Positions 1 through 11,317 of a stretch of DNA of 64,000 nt are shown in pieces. The translations under genes were made by a program, and so were the position numbers. Within the stretch, counting starts at the first letter, position 1. Each line of letters opens with the position of its first letter. This DNA comes from Candidatus Latescibacterota bacterium. Its GTDB lineage: Bacteria > Latescibacterota > UBA2968. Location: the NCBI GenBank assembly GCA_965198115.1, contig OZ240241.1:8000001-8064000 (forward strand), in the 5' to 3' direction. The notes under the pieces were generated by a model. It saw nothing but the letters and a program-made list of their open reading frames with translations. It had not been told where the DNA came from and did not search any database.

Positions 1-1246
1 GTCCTCGATGACCACGCCATCGTCGTAAAGGATCAATCGATCTCCCGCGTGCTGCCCGTTGCGGAGCTCCCGAACGACCTCCCCGTGGACCGGCATCCCG
101 GTTGCACGATCATTCCCGGCCTGATCGACACCCACATGCACTTCATGCGTTGGCAGGGCCCGATCTTCCTCGCCTATGGCGTGACCTGCCGTCCGCGATA
201 CCGGCAACGACACGGAATGGATCCTCCAGTGCCGCGACAAGTGGCCGCGACAGACCTGGCCGCGTATCCTCAGCCTTGGCCCTCTCATCGACGGCACACC
301 GCCGGGCCACTCGCTGGTCGCTCGTGCCGTTACCGATACCGACTCAGCCGTCGCAGCCGTTCGTGAAACTGCCGCCGTCGGCGTCGATGGGATCAAGCTT
401 TACGCCAGCATCGCTGCCGATTGAATAGCGCCGATGGTTCGGGCGAGCCACGCCGCCGGGCTCAAAATATCCATGCACTGCCTGCCTCACGGCGTTCTTG
501 TTGCTGCCCGCGCTGGCGTCGACGAATTCTATCACCTCGACGGCATTCTCGCGGACGTCTGGCCCGATCGGCCGCCTGGCTGGCTCTACGTCTGGGGGGA
601 CCCGGGCTTTGAGAAGACCTGGGACCGACAACAACAGGTCGCCGATGAGATCGCCGAGCTGGGCACCGTGTCGACCCCTACCCTGGCCTATTGGGACAGC
701 CAATGGCGTATGAGGCAAGGCGTCGGCCCCTATCCGGAGGAGGATCAATACGTTCCCACAGACCTTTTCAAGTGGTCCTCGGCCGAGCCCGACGACGAGC
801 TGGGAGCGATGTGGCGTCGCGCAACGGAAAACGCACTACGTTTTCAGGGGCTCCTGAACGAACGGAAAGTCCCCCTCCTGGCCGGTAGCGACACGCCCTG
901 TGGCGGCATCCTCCCGGGACAGAGCCTGTGGCGTGAACTTTCTCTGCTGGTCGAAACGGGCCAGTCGGCACTGGAAGCATTACGCGCCGCCACCTCTGCC
1001 GCCGCCGATTTCCTGGAGCGCCCGGAGTTGGGCCGTCTGCGAAAGGGGTGCGCCGCCGACATCACTATTGTGCGAGGTGACCCGACCCGGTACATCCCGG
1101 ATCGGCCTAAGATCGAACGGGTCGTGCGCGACGGTGTCGACTACGAGCCTGAAGCACTCCTGCGGCCGCCGGACGATTCGGCCTGGCGCGACGACCCCTG
1201 GGGTCGGCAATTCGCTCAACACTGGAGCAAACGATCAGCATCCTGA
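1..1246 (+). pseudogene. Amidohydrolase family protein, 5' end outside window, disrupted
   Basis: PGLIDTHMH metal motif, LAGSDTP and G.L..G..AD motifs. Extra base at ~187 (GVT|AVRDTGN) and in-frame TGA at 422-424. Confidence 0.85.
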
Positions 1247-1327
1247 CGGAGACAGCAACCGTTGTAACGCGGACCCACTGAGCGCGCCTGTTTGCCCAAC
1301 CTGCTGCCTAGATAACACGAGAGAGCC

Positions 1328-2445
1328 ATGCCACATATGCAGCACTCGATCATTTCGAAGCGCGCTGGCTACTACACTGCCTTCCCGCAACTCTACCACT
1401 TTCCCGATGGCCGTCTGGCCGTTGGCGTCCCGCTTCTCCCTTTCCAGATCATTATGCGGTCGACCCACTTGTCGAATTCGTCGTTGTCGAATCCCGCGAC
1501 GAAGGCGCCACGTGGACCCAAACAGACGACCCCACGATTCCCTACAACTGGCCGGGCACGCATCCGAGAGAGCGTTACGACCGCTTCGCTGCGGTCATGC
1601 CCGATGGCACCTATGTGTGCGCGGGCTCCGTCGGGTGGGAGATCTGGCCTGTCGCGCGCGCGGGCGAGGCCGAAGCCCAGGGACTGACAGCAAGACCTCA
1701 TCAGCTGGACGACGACTTGATCATGGTAGGGGGACACCGGTTGTTCGTGCAGCGTTCCGTCGATAGGGGCCAGACCTGGACCCGTCGCGAGTGGACCATC
1801 CCCGGCTTCCGCTCTTTCCAGGTGCACCAGGTTCACCAGGAGGCCTTGCTTGCCGACGGTACCATCCTGTTCTCCGTATACGGACCGGATATCCACCACA
1901 GCCGCTCGGCCACTTACGTATGGAGGTCGACGGATGGCGCCCGGACGTTTCGGCTACACCCAATGGGCAGCCACACAGATGGGATCAACACGGGCGAGAC
2001 GACGTTCCTGGAGGTGACTCCGGGTCGTCTGACTGCGCTTTCTAGGACCGAGCCCGATCCGGGATTTCTGGTGCAGCGGTGGTCGGGTGATGGGGGAATT
2101 ACGTGGACCTACCCGATACAGTGTGAGTTCTGGGGATATCCGGCACACCTGCTCCAGCTACGTGATGGGCGGGTGCTGTGCGCGTACGGCCACCGGCGGG
2201 AGCCTATGGGGGTTCGCGCCGTGCTGAGCGAGGATCACGGCGACACGTGGGATGATCACCCGATCACATTGCGGGATGATGGGGGTACGGCCAACGAGAT
2301 GCAGAAAGACAAATCGAGACCAGGTGGGGACTTGGGCTATCCGGTGTCTACACAGCTGGCGGATGGGAGCATCCTGACGGTTTACTACATGACGTTGGAG
2401 GATGGGATCACGCACGCGGTCGCCACGCGTTGGGAGCTGCCGTAA
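1328..2445 (+). pseudogene. Sialidase/BNR (Asp-box) repeat protein, frameshifted
   Basis: Asp-boxes SRDEGATW, SVDRGQTW, STDGARTF, SGDGGITW, SEDHGDTW. One base missing in the C run at ~1430 joins the two frames; could be a sequencing error. Confidence 0.8.
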
Positions 2446-2755
2446 CGAGCTTTATCACGTTGGATTTAATGAATGGCTTCAACGATTAAAGACGAGAATC
2501 GCCCGACCATCATTTCATCGATTGGTGCTTGGGGTAATCTCGATACAGCCGACACCGTCATTCCGAACGAGCCTTCACAGCATCTGTCGAGCTGCCGTGG
2601 GTCCGATTATTGAGCGGCGTGAGAAATCTCTACGCCGAAGGCTGATCGGAACGAGAACCCGAGCCGAAGGCTTCGGACCACCGTCGGCCTTTGACGGCGA
2701 AGCGCCTGTCTGCCCTAATGTGTTCACGACCGCTCCGCCCCTGCTGGAGGATGTC

Positions 2756-3100
2756 GTGCCGACCGCGTTCTGGAACCAACTGGATGCTCTCATCGATACG
2801 TCGGACCTCACGATCGACCGACCCAAAGGATCTCTCCATCCACGACGTCCATCGATCGTCTACCCACTCGACTACGGCTATCTTTCGAACACGTCAGGAG
2901 GGGACGGGGACGAGATCGACGTGTGGCGGGAATCTCGTCCCGATGATGTTCTCGATGCCGTGATTTGTACCACGGATCTGCATAAGCGGGATACGGAGGT
3001 CAAACTCCTGATCGGATGCTCGCTCGAGGAGCGGCAGATCATCTGTGAGTTTCACGAGACTCACGGTATGGGCGTGATTCTGATCGAGAGAAGGTCTTAA
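2756..3100 (+). CDS. Inorganic pyrophosphatase-like protein
   Basis: IDRPKGS..HP....YPLDYGY....GGDGDEIDV motif; GGAGG RBS before GTG 2756. Confidence 0.8.
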   Translation: MPTAFWNQLDALIDTSDLTIDRPKGSLHPRRPSIVYPLDYGYLSNTSGGDGDEIDVWRESRPDDVLDAVICTTDLHKRDTEVKLLIGCSLEERQIICEFHETHGMGVILIERRS

Positions 3101-3219
3101 ACTGATTGCTGAAGGGAAACCGTAGTGGCGACCAGTCCAGGTCTCCGATGCAAGACCTTGTCTCGAGCGGATGATCTATTGAGGCGATGCACAAAGAAAT
3201 CTCAATCAAGAGGTGAGCC

Positions 3220-4097
3220 GTGGAGTTGACCAGCCAGCAGGTCGCATTCTTCAACACGTTCGGATATCTCCTCGCACGAAAGCTCCTGAAGCCGGCTGAA
3301 GTGGAGAGGGTGACCGAAGCCTTCGAATGGTCGATTCAGAACTGGGGTGGAGGCGACCAGCACGACGGGACGAAAAGGACGATGCTCGGGGCCCCGATCG
3401 AGCACACGTCCGAGCTCTGTGCGTTGATGGATCATCCGGGCATACTTGGCCTCATCGGTGGCGTGACCGGAAACGATTTCAACTACTGTGGTGGTGATGG
3501 AAACTACTACACGGGGGACGCGATGGCATCCTGATGGCAACTGGGGACAGTTGTGGTCGACCAAGACGGCGTTCTATCTGGATGAGGTCCGGCGCGACAG
3601 CGGTTGCCTGCGTGTGATCCCGGGTAGTCACGATCCCGATCACTTCATTCGCAGGGAGGGGATTGACCCGAACGAGTCAGAAGATCTGCTCGGTGTAGCG
3701 CCAGAAGCGTTCCCGGGCAGCGTCGCGATCGAGACCGACCCCGGCGATGTCGTCATCTTCAACCACGACCTCTACCACGCTTCTTTCGGCGGTGGACATC
3801 GCCGGCGCATGTTCACGATGAACTGTACCCGTCACGCGAAAGACGCAGAGGATGCGAAGACGCTACGCGAATACCTCAGCAAGCTCCCCCAGCGCCATCC
3901 GTGCCCACGAGCACTCTCCCGGTGCTCGTGACGTCGACACGACCACGGGGTTGTATTGGCCCACGATGCTGGAAACGGCCGACGAGACTCGCAGGAGCCA
4001 TATGTGGCAGCCCGCTGAAGTGCACGATGAGATGTTTCCACACCTTGCCGCCTCGACCGGCGGTAATCGGGAACCTCATCGAGGCAGCCTCGCCTAA
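3220..4097 (+). pseudogene. PhyH-family dioxygenase with two frameshifts
   Basis: FFNTFGYL, WHPD, GCLRVIPGSH, PGDVVIFNHDLYHAS spread over three frames; shifts near 3520 and 3884-3911. Confidence 0.85.
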
Positions 4098-4286
4098 TCT
4101 GCGCGTACTGTTCGGGTGTGTAACCTTCTTTGCACCAGCGTGGCTTTGAAGATCGGCCGGCGCTCACGAACGCCGTGTCGTGCAATGAGCCGAATGGAGC
4201 GTAGAAATCGCTTTCTTCGGGCACGCGCGGCGTTGGAGCAGAGCGAGGAGAATCGGGTTGATGCGTAGACCGGAGACACGACTGCT

Positions 4287-4751
4287 GTGATCGAGGTGAG
4301 GATTCGCGAGACGACTCAAGCTGATGAAGCCTTCACGTACCAGGCCAAGAAAGCTGCGTTTCGACGGTATGTGGAAGAGGTCTACGGTTGGGATGGGGCC
4401 TACCAACGCGGCCTGCACGGAGATCGATTCGCATCCCAGGATGTCCGGATCATTCGGTGCGATGGCAAGGATGTCGGCTATTTCTCGCCGGCTGAGCAGC
4501 CGGACTACTTTGTTCTCAGCCAGCTCTTTATTCTGCCTGAGCATCAGGGACGGGGGATCGGCCACACCCTCATGAATCGGATACTGGATGAACAGGGAAG
4601 CAAGGGGCGCTCCGTTCGGCTGCAGGTGATGAAGAACAATCCCAGGGCTGCTGTGTTCTACGAACGGCTGGGGTTCCGATCGATCGGTGAGACGGAGACC
4701 CACGTCCAGATGGAGAAACTGCCTGGGTCGAGGCCGAAATCCGAGACCTGA
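4287..4751 (+). CDS. GNAT acetyltransferase
   Basis: PEHQGRGIG acetyl-CoA motif; N.RA..FYERLGF. Confidence 0.9.
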   Translation: MIEVRIRETTQADEAFTYQAKKAAFRRYVEEVYGWDGAYQRGLHGDRFASQDVRIIRCDGKDVGYFSPAEQPDYFVLSQLFILPEHQGRGIGHTLMNRILDEQGSKGRSVRLQVMKNNPRAAVFYERLGFRSIGETETHVQMEKLPGSRPKSET

Positions 4752-4934
4752 GAGATCATCGATCAGGTTTCATCGTTGGATCTGGGAATCGACATGTCGT
4801 TGCACCCGAGGAGCTCGATGGCAAACTGGCCAGAACGCGCGATATGGGAAGGCATGAAGGCAGGCGATGGCTGTGAGATGTGCAAAGACATCCACCTCGA
4901 GGAGAACATTCACAGTTTTCTCGTGGCACAGTTA

Positions 4935-6228
4935 GGGTTTGCCACGAAATAAGTGCTGCACTTTTCAAGGTAATGATCTTACGCTCGGAGTGTGGACGTC
5001 GAAACTCTCCGAACGAAGTATGAAGCCTTGGCTCCGGTGCTGACGGAACGCACGCGTCGTCTGTGGGCCGCCACGGAAGCCGAAGCGTTGGGTCACGGTG
5101 GGATCGCGATTGTGGCTCTGGCGACAGGAATGTCCAGAGAGCGGATCTTTCGTGGCATTCAGGAGTTGAGGTCGGACGAACCTTTGGACCCGGCTCGCAT
5201 CCGGCGTCCAGGCGGCGGTCGTAAGCGGAAGGCCGACACGGACCCGACGCTGTGGCAGGACCTGAATGATCTGGTCGAGCCAACGACTGCGGGGTCGCCT
5301 GACGACAATCCTCTGAGATGGACATCGAAGAGCACTCGCAAACTGGCCGCCGAGTTGCAAGCGATGGGGCATTCGGTGAGCCCCAGGATCGTTGCCAATC
5401 TCCTGCACGAACACGATTACACGCTGCAGGCGAATCGGAAGACAAGGGAGGGATCTGCACACCCGGATCGGGACGCTCAGTTCGTTTACCTCGATGATCG
5501 GATTAGCCAGCAGCAGCAGCAGGGCCTTCCCGTTATCTCGGTGGACACCAAGAAGAAAGAGTTGATCGGCGACTTCAAGAATCCTGGCCGAGAATGGCGA
5601 CCCAAGGGAGACCCGGAGCGTGTGAAGGTACACGATTTCATAGTGCCTGCTCAGGGCAAGGCGATCCCTTATGGAGTGTATGATCTGAGCCGTGATGAAG
5701 GCTGGGTAAGTGTCGGTATCGATCACGACACGGCCAGCTTCGCCGTGAATGCGATCCGAAGTTGGTGGAAGAACATGGGACGGCCCGCCTACGGCACTTC
5801 GACGCATCTGCTAATCACGGCGGACGCAGGCGGCAGCAACGGCGCCAAGACGCGGCTGTGGAAGTGGGAGCTGCAGCGCTTTGCGAATCGCACTGGCCTG
5901 ACGATCACCGTATGCCACTACCCTCCTGGCACTAGTAAGTGGAACAAGATCGAACATCGCCTGTTCTCCTTCATCGCTATGAACTGGCGAGGCAAGCCCC
6001 TGGTCAGCCTGGCTGCAACCGTGAATCTCATTGCCGGAACGACCACTCAAGCCGGTCTCCGAGTACGCTCCGAGATCGACAAGCGACCCTACCCTAACGG
6101 GGTCAAGGTGACCGATGAACAGATGACCCAAATCGATCTCACTCCGCACGATTTCCACGGCGACTGGAACTACACGATCCGGCCAATGGCTCAACATTGA
6201 GATCGACCGTTTATTTATTCGCGAACCC
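4935..6228 (+). mobile_element. ISAzo13-family IS, copy 1 (1294 bp)
   Basis: Imperfect terminal IRs GGGTTTGCCACGAAATAA / GGGTTCGCGAATAAATAA; TTA on both flanks; near-identical copies elsewhere in window. Confidence 0.95.
4992..6200 (+). CDS. ISAzo13-family DDE transposase
   Basis: ISVDTKKKE, ITADAGGSNG and PPGTSKWNKIEHRLFS motifs. Confidence 0.95.
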   Translation: MDVETLRTKYEALAPVLTERTRRLWAATEAEALGHGGIAIVALATGMSRERIFRGIQELRSDEPLDPARIRRPGGGRKRKADTDPTLWQDLNDLVEPTTAGSPDDNPLRWTSKSTRKLAAELQAMGHSVSPRIVANLLHEHDYTLQANRKTREGSAHPDRDAQFVYLDDRISQQQQQGLPVISVDTKKKELIGDFKNPGREWRPKGDPERVKVHDFIVPAQGKAIPYGVYDLSRDEGWVSVGIDHDTASFAVNAIRSWWKNMGRPAYGTSTHLLITADAGGSNGAKTRLWKWELQRFANRTGLTITVCHYPPGTSKWNKIEHRLFSFIAMNWRGKPLVSLAATVNLIAGTTTQAGLRVRSEIDKRPYPNGVKVTDEQMTQIDLTPHDFHGDWNYTIRPMAQH

Positions 6229-6333
6229 TTACGTCCGGTTCCCGAGAAACCAGTATAAGCGAGGCTGGACGATCCTTGCTTTGAAGAGACACGCATCCGA
6301 ACTCTTCGAACTGTCGTCTGATGAATTGTCGGG

Positions 6334-7594
6334 GGTGAGGTCCCTATCCTAGTTGAAACTTAAAGGGCTCCAAACTTACGTTGTGGGTAGACGTGTGAGA
6401 GCGTGTACCCGTAAGAAAGGAGCCCACGATGGAGAAGCTATTTGCAGGGGATGGCGAAGTCAAGGTTGGGTCAGACGTTATGGATTTGGAGACGCGTTTA
6501 TCGGTGATCCGGGCGCTGATTCCGCTGGGTCTGGAGGCCGTTGCCGACGTGCTCCAGCAGGAGGTGGAGCAGCTCGCAGGCGTTCGGTATGCGCGTAAGG
6601 GTTCAGAGCAGTCGCATCGTCGATGGGGAAGCCAGAAAGGGTCCGTGTATCTGATGGACCAGAAGCTGCCGGTGGCCGTTCCCCGTGTGCGCGACGTCGA
6701 GTCCGATACGGAGGTTTCTCTGGCCGCATACCGGGGGATGCAGAGGCCCAGAGCGATGGATGAGAAGCTGCTGCTTCGTGTGCTCAAGGGAATCTCCTGT
6801 CGCAACTACAGAGCCTGTGCAGAGTCGGTACCCGAAGCGTTCGGAATCTCGGCATCCTCCGTCTCGCGACGGTTCATCAAAGCCACCGCAAAGAAGCTGA
6901 AGCAGTTCCAGGAACGACCGCTCGACGACTACGACTTGGTCGCCCTGTGATCCAGGATCTCATCCGGAGAGGCCTGTGCTACGACCAGGGCCTTCTCGTT
7001 GTGCTGGACGGCTCAAAGGGACTCCGCAGTGCCGTCACCAAAGCCCTCAAAGGGGATGTGTGCGTGCATCGCTGTCAGTGGCACAAGCGCGAGAACGTCG
7101 TCAGCTACCTCCCGGAGGCAGAACGTCCAAGAGTTCGACGGAAACTTCAGAAAGCCTATGACTGCGACACCTACGAGGAGGCAAAGGCCGCACTCGAATC
7201 ACTCAAACCCGAACTCAAGCTGATGAATCAGTCTGCCGTGGCAAGCCTCGAGGAAGGACTGGAGGAAACCCTGACCCTCCACCGGCTGGGGATGCTCCCG
7301 TTCTTGAAGCGAAGCTTCCGAACCACCAATTGCATCGAGGCGCTCAACAGCATGACCGGCAACCTGATACGGAAGGTCAACCGCTGGAACAACTCTCCTC
7401 AGCGACACAGATGGGTCGCGGCCGCACTCCTCGACATCGAACCACGCCTGCGACGCGTGAGCGGATACAAACACCTCCCGCTGCTCAGGCAAGCACTGAA
7501 AAACAACCTGAATCTCGGCGACAATCAAGATGCTCGGCAGAGAGCATGAATACCACGGAGCCCGATGAGTTTCAACTGACTATGGGACTTGACC
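6334..7594 (+). mobile_element. IS256-family IS with internal deletion
   Basis: IRs GGTGAGGTCCCTATCCTAGTTGAAACT / GGTCAAGTCCCATAGTCAGTTGAAACT; 9-bp target duplication ATTGTCGGG (6325-6333, 7595-7603). Confidence 0.92.
6429..7549 (+). pseudogene. IS256 transposase, broken at ~6948
   Basis: VPRVR, GISCRNY, DGSKGL, RCQWHK and TTNCIE motifs. The segment expected after YDLVAL (first catalytic Asp) is missing and the frame is broken. Confidence 0.85.
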
Positions 7595-7908
7595 ATTGTC
7601 GGGTTTCTGGGGGGAAGTTTCCCGCGTTGCGTCGGTTTTGAACCAGATGTTTTCACCTGCAAAGATGAACTACATGGTTTTCGGGAATCGCTGTCCCCAC
7701 ATTCACTGTCATCTGGTTCCCGTGACCTACGAGGATGACGCACACAAGCCGATCAACATGCTGGAAAAGGAAGTGCTGCGGTCCGAAGATGAGTATCAGA
7801 ACACGATTTTCGAAATGCGGCGGCTCCTTGCGTGATTGTGGATAATTCGATTCGATCAGGGATATCCGATATCTGAAAGTCTCGCAACAGTCAGGATTTG
7901 GAGTAGGC

Positions 7909-8610
7909 ATGGTGAAGTGGATACGGATCTTGTTGCTGGCGGCTGTGGCTCCGACAGGAACGCTCGGTCAGGACGCAACGGACGTTACTTCGGGACGTCG
8001 TCAGGCTACGATCGATGCTGCCCGTGCCGCCCTGAGCCTGATGTCGGAGACGCCGTTCGATTGGGAAAATTCTGTCGAGATCGAGAGTGGTGAGAACAGT
8101 GCTCACGGCGGTGTCACGCACTACAGTCGGGTCTGCTATGTGGACGGTGTCTGGCTGCTGAAGCAGAGAGATAACACGGAGGAGAGCTGGCATGACAATG
8201 CACTACTGGTTGAGGACGGGACCGTCTACTTTGCGGAAGTAGGAGATGAGCCCTCTCTCTTCCGAAGTGGATGCGTCACTTGCCACCCGAATGGTCCGCG
8301 AGCCGTCAGAGGAGAACTGCGCCACGGTACTCCGGAGCTCCTGGCCGCACTCAACGAGCGTGTCAGGGAGACGGAGGTTGTGCGTCCATTCTTTCCACCC
8401 ACGTATGCCGGGGGTGGCATCGAGAGGTTGGCTCTCTCACCCTGTAACCAATGTCACGACGGCAAGACCCGCGCTTATCTTTTCGGTTTCAACGCGGAAC
8501 CGATCCGATATCTCTTCGACAACGGACACATGCCGCCGCCTGAAGTGGAAATCACAGAGAAAGAAAGTCGAAGCCTCTACGAGTGGCTTGACGCCGTCGA
8601 GCAGCGGTAG
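7909..8610 (+). CDS. Exported putative di-heme c-type cytochrome
   Basis: N-terminal signal-like sequence; CVTCH and CNQCH; C-terminal HMPP. Confidence 0.7.
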   Translation: MVKWIRILLLAAVAPTGTLGQDATDVTSGRRQATIDAARAALSLMSETPFDWENSVEIESGENSAHGGVTHYSRVCYVDGVWLLKQRDNTEESWHDNALLVEDGTVYFAEVGDEPSLFRSGCVTCHPNGPRAVRGELRHGTPELLAALNERVRETEVVRPFFPPTYAGGGIERLALSPCNQCHDGKTRAYLFGFNAEPIRYLFDNGHMPPPEVEITEKESRSLYEWLDAVEQR

Positions 8611-8658
8611 CGGAAAACTCGACGTCTTGTTGAGAGTTGGACCAGAGGAGAGCACGTA

Positions 8659-9546
8659 ATGCACTTGTCCATGCACAACTGGATGCGTCCCGAGCCGCTC
8701 GAAAAGACCGTCGAACGATTGGCCAGGTTCGGATATGAGAGTATCGAGATCAGTGGCGAGCCGGAGCGCTACGACACGTCTGAGATCACCACACTTCTGA
8801 AACGGCACGGGATCAGGTGCTGGGGATCGGTCACGCTGATGCTGGGCGATCGAAATCTGATCGGTAAGGACCCGGCACAAAGAGCGGCATCCGTCAAGTA
8901 TGTGAAGGATTGCGTGACGATGGTCAAAGAGTTGGACGGTCACGAGCTGACGATCGTACCGGGCACGGTAGGGAAGGTCGTGCCCGATGCGACGCCGGAG
9001 GAGGAGTGGGGGTGGGCAGTGGAGACCATGCAGGAGATCTACAATCACTCTGAAGCGGCCGGTGTCCGGTTGGCCATCGAACCGATCAATCGGTTCGAAA
9101 CGTATTTCATCAACCGGGGCGCCCAGGCGTTGGCCCTGGCAGAAGCGACCGGTCCGAACTGCGGGGTCTGCCTGGACGCATTCCACATCAATATCGAAGA
9201 AGAGGATCCGCTACAGGCGATCCGCGACGCAGGCGAGAGGCTCGTCGACTTTCACATCGCGGACAACAACCGGTTCGCGGCAGGGATGGGGAGCTATGAT
9301 TGGGCAGAACTGGTCGCGACCCTGCGCGCGGTCGGCTACGACGATGCGCTGACCGTCGAATTCGTCGCGCCGATCGACCGCACGCCGGCTGATCCCCATC
9401 CGGGCGTGGTTGAGACGGAACCGGTCGATGCAACCCCGGAGGAGCTGCAATTCATTCAGGACCACGGGAGCACGGTGGTCACCGAGACGTTCTACGATTT
9501 CCTGGTCGAAAAGTGTGCCCAGACATTATTGCCACTGATTGGATAG
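8659..9546 (+). CDS. Sugar phosphate isomerase/epimerase (tagatose/psicose 3-epimerase-like)
   Basis: EPINRFE, LDAFH.NIEE, HIADNNR and TVE motifs. Confidence 0.9.
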   Translation: MHLSMHNWMRPEPLEKTVERLARFGYESIEISGEPERYDTSEITTLLKRHGIRCWGSVTLMLGDRNLIGKDPAQRAASVKYVKDCVTMVKELDGHELTIVPGTVGKVVPDATPEEEWGWAVETMQEIYNHSEAAGVRLAIEPINRFETYFINRGAQALALAEATGPNCGVCLDAFHINIEEEDPLQAIRDAGERLVDFHIADNNRFAAGMGSYDWAELVATLRAVGYDDALTVEFVAPIDRTPADPHPGVVETEPVDATPEELQFIQDHGSTVVTETFYDFLVEKCAQTLLPLIG

Positions 9547-10012
9547 GTCGGGGCTCGTCAGCAAGGTGTTTCGACCCTGAAGGGTCGGGTGTCTCAGCCC
9601 GGGGCTCGGCAATTATGTTTTTTCAAGTGCATAGTCACGTCCTGGACTGCATCCCGTGACTCGGCTTCATTCGTCAAGAACATCCTTGGCCCGTCAAGTA
9701 GATAATATTACCCATCTTTCTGCTGGCTCGGTTACCGAGAAACATCGACTGGCGACAGGGAGAAGCGGAGACCGCAATGACCCGGACGCTCGAGGCGGTT
9801 ATTCCTTACCACGAAACAAACGCATTACGTGATCGGTCGGATGTACACCAGTACACAGCCGTGATCCAGACGATCGCGCTGTTGTCAGAGGCGCTACCCG
9901 ATCGGTTCGAGACTTCTCACGCGTGGGGATTCAGCTGGGACAAGAAAGCGAACTGGCAGTGTCGGGTGATCGCGGACGCACTAAGCTCCCTCAGTCGAAG
10001 GAGTTCCTAAAA

Positions 10013-10891
10013 ATGTGTCGAACGAAGGATAGCGAATGGCGTCTCGAACTGGGTCGACGGATGGCACTTGCTTACGCGGAGAACCCAAAAGCCCGCGTTG
10101 TGATGGTGGCCGGCTCGACAGGCCGCGGAACGGCCGACGCCTACTCTGATATAGAGATCGACGTTTTCTACGACGAGGCGCCGACGGAGGAGGAGCGTGT
10201 TGCGGCCGTTGGCCGCTGTGGCGCGGAGCTGCTGGGGATCGCGCACGACGAGATCGAGTGGGAAGAGAGGATGTCGTTCGATGGGTTTCACGCGGCGACC
10301 AGCACGTTTCTGGTGTCCACGATGGAGCGTTTCCTGGAACAGGTCGTCGATCGCTGCGATCCGGATCCCGAAGCGCAGATGCGGTTGTATTCGGTCCTGC
10401 ACGCGGTGACTGTGGTCGGAGAAGATGTGTCGGACCGATGGCGTGAAAAAGCGTCGTCCTACCCTGATGGACTCGTGGACGTCATGCTCGATGAGAATCT
10501 GCATTTGGTAAGGCTGTTCAGGCACGCGGACGTGATGATCGACAGAAACGACTCGCTCGCACTCTTCGACGCCATCCTCGACGCCGAAAAACGAATTTTG
10601 CGGGTGCTTCTCGGGTTGAACCGGATCTACCTTCCGATTCCCGATCCGATCAAGCGGCTGGACGAGATCGTGGGAGAGCTCACGCTGAAACCGGAGAATC
10701 TGGGCCAGAGGCTTCGGAGCATTCTGCGGTTGGAAGGGCGCCAGGCGATCGACAGGTTGTGGGAACTGGTGGAAGACGTCTTCACGCTGGTTGCCGAACA
10801 TCGTCCGGGGTTCGCCGTCGACGAGCGAAGAAACAACCACCTCATCCGGATACGGAAGGCCTGGAACAGTCCGCCGGAAGGCTTCGAGTAG
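10013..10891 (+). CDS. Pol-beta-type nucleotidyltransferase domain protein
   Basis: AGSTGRG.AD.YSDIEIDV motif followed by a helical C-terminal domain; AAGGAG RBS. Confidence 0.75.
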   Translation: MCRTKDSEWRLELGRRMALAYAENPKARVVMVAGSTGRGTADAYSDIEIDVFYDEAPTEEERVAAVGRCGAELLGIAHDEIEWEERMSFDGFHAATSTFLVSTMERFLEQVVDRCDPDPEAQMRLYSVLHAVTVVGEDVSDRWREKASSYPDGLVDVMLDENLHLVRLFRHADVMIDRNDSLALFDAILDAEKRILRVLLGLNRIYLPIPDPIKRLDEIVGELTLKPENLGQRLRSILRLEGRQAIDRLWELVEDVFTLVAEHRPGFAVDERRNNHLIRIRKAWNSPPEGFE

Positions 10892-11194
10892 ATTGATGAG
10901 TATGGGGAAACTCGTTTCCGTATTGACTATGTCGTCAAAGGGAGCGGGCGAATGGGGCGGTCGAGACTGCTTGGAGGCATTGCCTCATTGTTGGGTGTAG
11001 ACCGAACGGCCGACACGGTTACGTTTTCCTACGAGCATGCGGGGACATCGGAACACGAACCCTTATATCTGTCGTTCGACGACCTTCGATTCGACAAGCG
11101 GTCCATCGTGGAACTGGAGATTCGGGTCACGGATCTGGCGCATCCGGATCAGCCTGTTGCAACGCGGGAAACGGACTTCGCGGTGGGCGAGTAG
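10892..11194 (+). pseudogene. C-terminal remnant of a larger protein (GWxTD-protein-like tail)
   Basis: Open frame starts right after the upstream stop without start or RBS: IDEYGETRFRIDY...LEIRVTDL...RETDF. Confidence 0.5.
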
Positions 11195-11317
11195 TACTAC
11201 GGCCTCCCGAGGAAGCTACTCGTGAGGCCGACCGCAATTTGTGCCGGGATTCTGTTCGTGCTTGTCTGGGGAGGGTCCCGTGTCGTCCAGAACCCTTGAT
11301 ACCTGCAGGTTCCACAC

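Larger units (their letters stand above)
4818..7835 (+). pseudogene. HIT-family protein split by two IS elements
   Basis: Pieces 4818-4934 (MANWP..GDGCEMC..LVAQL), 6229-6333 (YVRFPRNQYKRGW..KRHASELFEL) and 7604-7835 (GNRCPHIHCHLVP histidine triad). Confidence 0.85.

Noticed and set aside
6429-7549. Programmed frameshift in the IS256 transposase
   Set aside because: No slippery site; a catalytic segment is missing, which indicates a deletion.
9777-10891. Toxin-antitoxin pair (small ORF plus nucleotidyltransferase)
   Set aside because: No HEPN RX4-6H or antitoxin motif in the 77-aa ORF, which may be a remnant or spurious.
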